A stretch of DNA of 64,000 bases from an uncultured Acidobacteriota bacterium (GTDB lineage: Bacteria > Acidobacteriota > UBA6911 > RPQK01 > JAPXNP01): positions 128,001 through 192,000 of the forward strand of contig CAVZRV010000010.1 in the NCBI GenBank assembly GCA_963777605.1. The letters run 5' to 3'. The notes beneath the pieces are model-generated. The model did not search any database and was not told where the DNA came from. It saw only the letters and a program-made list of their open reading frames with translations. Positions 59,982-64,000 of this stretch are shown one piece after another; position 1 is the stretch's first letter; each line of letters opens with the position of its first letter. The position numbers and the translations under genes are program-made.

Positions 59982-61183
59982 AGCCAATCTACATCGCGGG
60001 CTATCACCAGTCGGAGTTCGGGAAACTCTTCGACCTATCGGTTCCCCAGATCCTCTCCTCCGCCGTCGAAGGAGCCTGCTCCGAGGCCGGTATCCAGCCT
60101 GCCCAGATCGACCTTGCCAGCGTCGGAGCGACCTGCCAGATCTCACTCAACCAGCAGGGGCTGCTTTCCGGCCTGGTGGCGGAGGTGGATGGGCTCGAGT
60201 CGAAGCCGATTGAATCGGTAGAGAACGCCTGTGCATCGGGAGGGCAGGCCGTGCTTTCGGTCGCCCAGAAGCTCCAACTCGGCCTTGGAGAGACGGGGCT
60301 CGCCATCGGCTACGAGAAGATGAGGGATGATCGCGGAAAGATGGACGGCGAGATGATCGGGAAGGCGCTCGGCTACTTCTCGCATCCGTCGGAACGCGAG
60401 GGAAAGCGCTACATTTTCCCTCACATCTTTGCCGAAATCATGCAGCAGTACATGACCGCATACGGTGTCACCGAGGAGGATCTCGCGGCCATCGTCGTTC
60501 AGGAATATGCCAGCGCCCGATTCAACCCGTATGCCCAGATGAGACACGTCCAGGTTTCCCTGGACCAGGTCATGAGGATCGAAGGCATCAACCGCTACAT
60601 CGCGGAAGGCCTTCCCCTCAAAACCTACGACTGCTCCCAGATCACCGACGGGTATGCCGCGCTCCTGCTGGCTACCGGCGAAGGTCTCGAGCGCCTCGGG
60701 ATCTCCCGATCTGACTGCGTGCTGCTGGCGGGTTACGGCCAGGCGACTGACCCATTGAGCCGAGCCAACCGGGACGTCCTCCGACCGGCGGGTGCTTTGA
60801 CGGCAATGCGGTCGGCGTACGAGATGGCAGCGGTCACGTCTGAAGACGTCGATGTAGCGGAAGTCCACGACTGCTTTAGCGTAATGGGTGCGATTGGGGC
60901 CGAAGTGCTTGGCGTGGCCGAATTCGGACAGGGCGTCGAGTATTGGAAGGCCGGCAAGGCGGCTCCCTCGGGTCCCTGCCCGATCAACACCTCAGGCGGA
61001 CTGATCGCCAAAGGCCATCCGATCGGGGCCACGGGAGTTGCCATGATCGGATGGTGCGCTTGGCAACTCCAGGAAAAGGCCCCCAAAGAACTTCAGGTTC
61101 CGGGTGCTAAAGTTGCGGCAACATTCAATATCGGGGGCCCCATCTGCGCATCAGTCTGCACCGTGCTGAAGTCGATCGGCTGA
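59978..61183 (+). CDS. SCP2-type thiolase
   Basis: ENACASG, EVHDCF, SGGLIAKGHPIGATG; ATGA overlap with the sulfurtransferase. Confidence 0.88.
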   Translation: MKPIYIAGYHQSEFGKLFDLSVPQILSSAVEGACSEAGIQPAQIDLASVGATCQISLNQQGLLSGLVAEVDGLESKPIESVENACASGGQAVLSVAQKLQLGLGETGLAIGYEKMRDDRGKMDGEMIGKALGYFSHPSEREGKRYIFPHIFAEIMQQYMTAYGVTEEDLAAIVVQEYASARFNPYAQMRHVQVSLDQVMRIEGINRYIAEGLPLKTYDCSQITDGYAALLLATGEGLERLGISRSDCVLLAGYGQATDPLSRANRDVLRPAGALTAMRSAYEMAAVTSEDVDVAEVHDCFSVMGAIGAEVLGVAEFGQGVEYWKAGKAAPSGPCPINTSGGLIAKGHPIGATGVAMIGWCAWQLQEKAPKELQVPGAKVAATFNIGGPICASVCTVLKSIG

Positions 61184-61317
61184 ACCGGCCTCCCCGGGCT
61201 GAACGACAGCGATCGTCCAGAATCCTCAAGTTCCGCGTTTAACCGCCGATATGAGACTGTGCCTTTTGCGTGCCTGAACGCACACGTTGGGTCTCAACGG
61301 CGGCGTCCCCGACTGCG

Positions 61318-61906
61318 ATGGAAAACTTGAGGATTCTGATTGTTGACGACAGTTCGGTAATGCGGGCCTCCCTTCGGAAAATGGTCTCTCCCATTTCCGG
61401 GTCGGTCGTGGTCGCCAAGCAACGGGGAGGAAGGACTCGCCGCCGCCCTCAACAACGGGATCGACCTCATCCTCAGCGATGTCGATATGCCTGCCCTCGA
61501 CGGGATTGAGATGTGTCGAAGGCTGCGCCAGAACGAGGCTACCCGGTCGAAGCCGGTAATCCTGAACGAAATCGTGCTCCACCATCACGAGCGTGTTGAT
61601 GGACGGGGATACCCTGATGGCCTCGATGGGGAGCGGATTCCAATCCTGGCACGAATGACGGCCGTAGCCGACACCTTCCACGCCCTGACCAGCGACCGCC
61701 CCTATCGCAAAGGTATGCCGGTCGCGAAGGCGGAAGCCATCATCAACAAGGTCCGAGGGACTCAACTCTGCCCGGAAAGTGTCGACCTTTTCCTGGAGTT
61801 TCTCGAAAGGTCATCGTCGAAGGTCGGAGAAGCAGCGGAGGCGGACCGGTCAGACAGGTTCGACCCGCCGACCGGCCCGAAAACGAGAGTTACCGGCCTG
61901 CCTTGA
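61318..61906 (+). pseudogene. Receiver domain / HD-GYP phosphodiesterase remnant (frameshift ~61417 plus internal deletion ~61563)
   Basis: ILIVDDS, then a frameshift, then DLILSDVDMPALDGIEMC; KPVIL is joined directly to NEIVLHHHERVDGRGYPDGL; HD motif absent. Confidence 0.75.
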
Positions 61907-62504
61907 AGCGGCGGGAGACTTCTTCCCAATTCACTACCTTCCACCACGCTTCAACATACTCGGCACGGCGGTTCTGGTAGCGAAGGTAATAGGCGTGTTC
62001 CCAGACATCCAGTCCGAGGATGGGCACCTTACCCTCCATCAGAGGACTGTCCTGGTTGGCTGTCGAGAAAAGATCGAGTCCGCCCTGGGAGTTGATCGCC
62101 AGCCAGGCCCATCCGGACCCAAACCGACCCATCGCGGCGGCACTGAATTTCTCTTTGAAGTTCGTAACGGAGCTGAACGCGTTATTGATCGCATCGGCCA
62201 GATCACCCGCCGGCTCTCCGCCTCCCTGGGGAGACATGATCTGCCAGAAGAGAGAGTGGTTGGCGTGTCCACCACCGTTGTTCCTCACGGCGGTCCGAAC
62301 CGACTCAGGTACAGCCGCGCAGTTGCCTGCCAGCAGTTCCTCCACGCTCTTGCCGGCCAATCCGGAGGCCGATTCAACGGCCTTGTTCAGATTGGCAACA
62401 TAACCCGCGTGGTGTTTGCCGTGGTGAACCTCCATCGTCTTCTGGTCGATACTGGACGCCAGCGCATCGGTCGCATATGGTAAATCGGGCAGTGAGAAAC
62501 TCAT
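61890..62504 (-). CDS. sodA: Superoxide dismutase, probably Mn type
   Basis: [39 protein letters not shown]. Confidence 0.95.
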   Translation of the reverse strand: MSFSLPDLPYATDALASSIDQKTMEVHHGKHHAGYVANLNKAVESASGLAGKSVEELLAGNCAAVPESVRTAVRNNGGGHANHSLFWQIMSPQGGGEPAGDLADAINNAFSSVTNFKEKFSAAAMGRFGSGWAWLAINSQGGLDLFSTANQDSPLMEGKVPILGLDVWEHAYYLRYQNRRAEYVEAWWKVVNWEEVSRRFKAGR

Positions 62505-62922
62505 GATATAGGACTCCTTCCAGCCTTTCGTAGCAAATTAACTCATTCAAGAAACCCGAGAGACGGGCGCCGGGAATCAACCGGCTTCGCAACAACAACG
62601 TATACGAGTCTAACCCCGCCCAAGGTTTCGCTTCTTAGCTATTATTAAATCGCTTATTAACACCAAGATCAAAAAAATCCATCCGGGCGCGAAAAATTGC
62701 ACCGTCCAGGGCGGGATTCGAGTTCCTCTTTTGGGTGGGAAGTGGGCTTCCGGGGCGGTCGGCCTCCCTGCTGACGCCCAGGTTGGGTCCTGCCGTCGGG
62801 CGGTCTCCGCCCGCGAAACGTCTTCGGTCCTGCAGACGGCTGGCGGCAACGAATCCACGGGCACACGCCTGGGCAAACGGACTCCCGGAACGCGATGCCC
62901 TTCGTGTCGGAAGGGGAAGGAA

Positions 62923-64000
62923 TTACTTTTTGGAGAAGTAGGCAGCGCCTTCGGTACCGGGCACCAGAATCGTCTCTGCCCGGTCGGGCCCAGTCGAGAC
63001 GACCGCGATCTCACAATCGACCAATTCGGAGAGCCGGGCCAGGTAAGAGCGCGCATTCTCCGGCAAGTCGTCGTAGCAGGTAATCCCGGCGGTCGGTTCG
63101 GTCCATCCTGGATAGCTCTCGTAGATCGGCTCCACCTCGGCCAGTGCTTCGGTGCTGTCGGGAAGGAACTCGACCACCTGATCTCCGTGGCGGTAGGCGA
63201 CACACACCTGAATCGCTTCGAGTCCATCCAGGACATCGAGTTTCGTTATTACGAGAGAGGTCACCTTGTTCACGGCCGTCGAATAACGCCCTACGACAGC
63301 ATCGAACCAGCCGCATCGTCGAGGGCGCCCCGTTGAGGCTCCGAACTCGCTCCCTTTACCGCGAATCTGCTCACCCATCGCGCCAGTCAACTCGGTCGGG
63401 AATGGCCCTTCACCGACCCGGGTCGTGTAAGCCTTGCTGATCCCCACGACGCCGTCGATCACTCCTGGACCTACCCCGGTACCCGTGCAGGCACCTCCCG
63501 CCGTGGCATTCGAAGAGGTCACGAAGGGGTAGGTTCCGTGGTCCAAATCCAGCAGAGTCCCCTGCGCACCTTCGAACAAAATGCTCTTCCCTTCCCGAAC
63601 CGCCCGGTTGATCCACTCAGCAGTATCCACGATCAGTGGAAGTATCCGATCAGCGACTCCAAGATATGATTCGATAATCTCATCCGCATCCAGAGGTTCA
63701 ACTCCGTAAACCTTTGTCAGAATGAGATTCTTGAAAGCTACGTTGTCTCGGACTTTGGCCGCAAAGCGGTCGGGATGTCGAAGCGCCTCCAGCCTGATCC
63801 CGCGCCGGCCGGCCTTGTCCTCGTAACAGGGTCCGATCCCGCGGCTGGTGGTTCCAATCTTCTGGTCACCAAGGCGCAACTCTTCGGCCATTTCCACCGC
63901 CCGGTGATAAGGCATGATCAGGTGGCACCGGCTGCTGATGAACAGCCTGCCCGCAACCTCGAACTCGGCCAGGGCATCGAGTTCCTCGAGCAAAGCAAAC
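62923..64000 (-). CDS. purA: Adenylosuccinate synthetase (5'-partial)
   Basis: IGTTSRGIGPCY, FEGAQG, GTYPFVTSS, YTTRVGEGPFPTE, TGRPRRCGWFD, TKLDVL. Confidence 0.97.
   Translation of the reverse strand, partial: FALLEELDALAEFEVAGRLFISSRCHLIMPYHRAVEMAEELRLGDQKIGTTSRGIGPCYEDKAGRRGIRLEALRHPDRFAAKVRDNVAFKNLILTKVYGVEPLDADEIIESYLGVADRILPLIVDTAEWINRAVREGKSILFEGAQGTLLDLDHGTYPFVTSSNATAGGACTGTGVGPGVIDGVVGISKAYTTRVGEGPFPTELTGAMGEQIRGKGSEFGASTGRPRRCGWFDAVVGRYSTAVNKVTSLVITKLDVLDGLEAIQVCVAYRHGDQVVEFLPDSTEALAEVEPIYESYPGWTEPTAGITCYDDLPENARSYLARLSELVDCEIAVVSTGPDRAETILVPGTEGAAYFSKK

Noticed and set aside
50209-62000. Integrative element inserted at tRNA-Leu
   Set aside because: No integrase, transposase or att duplication seen in the window.
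62600-62700. Fur/PerR box upstream of sodA
   Set aside because: AT-rich (ttaataagcgatttaataat on the minus strand) but not a convincing match to either consensus.

Overview
A GC-rich bacterial chromosomal segment, most likely Acidobacteriota (inferred from two acidobacterial-type VWA proteins and several acidobacterial-style secreted hypotheticals). Roughly 32-50 kb and 62-64 kb are housekeeping: leuB, Mrp/ApbC, apgM, gcvT-gcvH, comEC, coaX, purH, selA, tRNA-Leu(CAG), sodA, purA. The rest is accessory: DUF1080, ThuA and Gfo-Idh-MocA sugar enzymes, a BNR-repeat hydrolase, a serpin, a sulfatase and a cNMP-patatin. The standout locus is a six-gene operon at 17.4-27.7 kb preceded by a sigma-54-type promoter. 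It encodes (1) an inner-membrane protein with two H-x13-H di-heme-b motifs, (2) a 24-heme cytochrome c, (3) an outer-membrane beta-barrel, (4) a membrane-anchored, circularly permuted ferredoxin/FAD/NADP(H) oxidoreductase, (5) a reconstructed ~1120-aa cytochrome c with 45 CxxCH motifs, containing 11 tandem 219-bp tri-heme repeats, and (6) an NrfJ-like lipoprotein. Together these look like a complete NAD(P)H-to-cell-exterior electron conduit with a modular heme wire. Also noted: six genes with an exact TAnnnT-N6-start arrangement suggesting leaderless mRNAs, several single-base frameshifts (probably long-read indels), and several genes eroded by deletion or truncation. No CRISPR array, transposase or prophage was seen.
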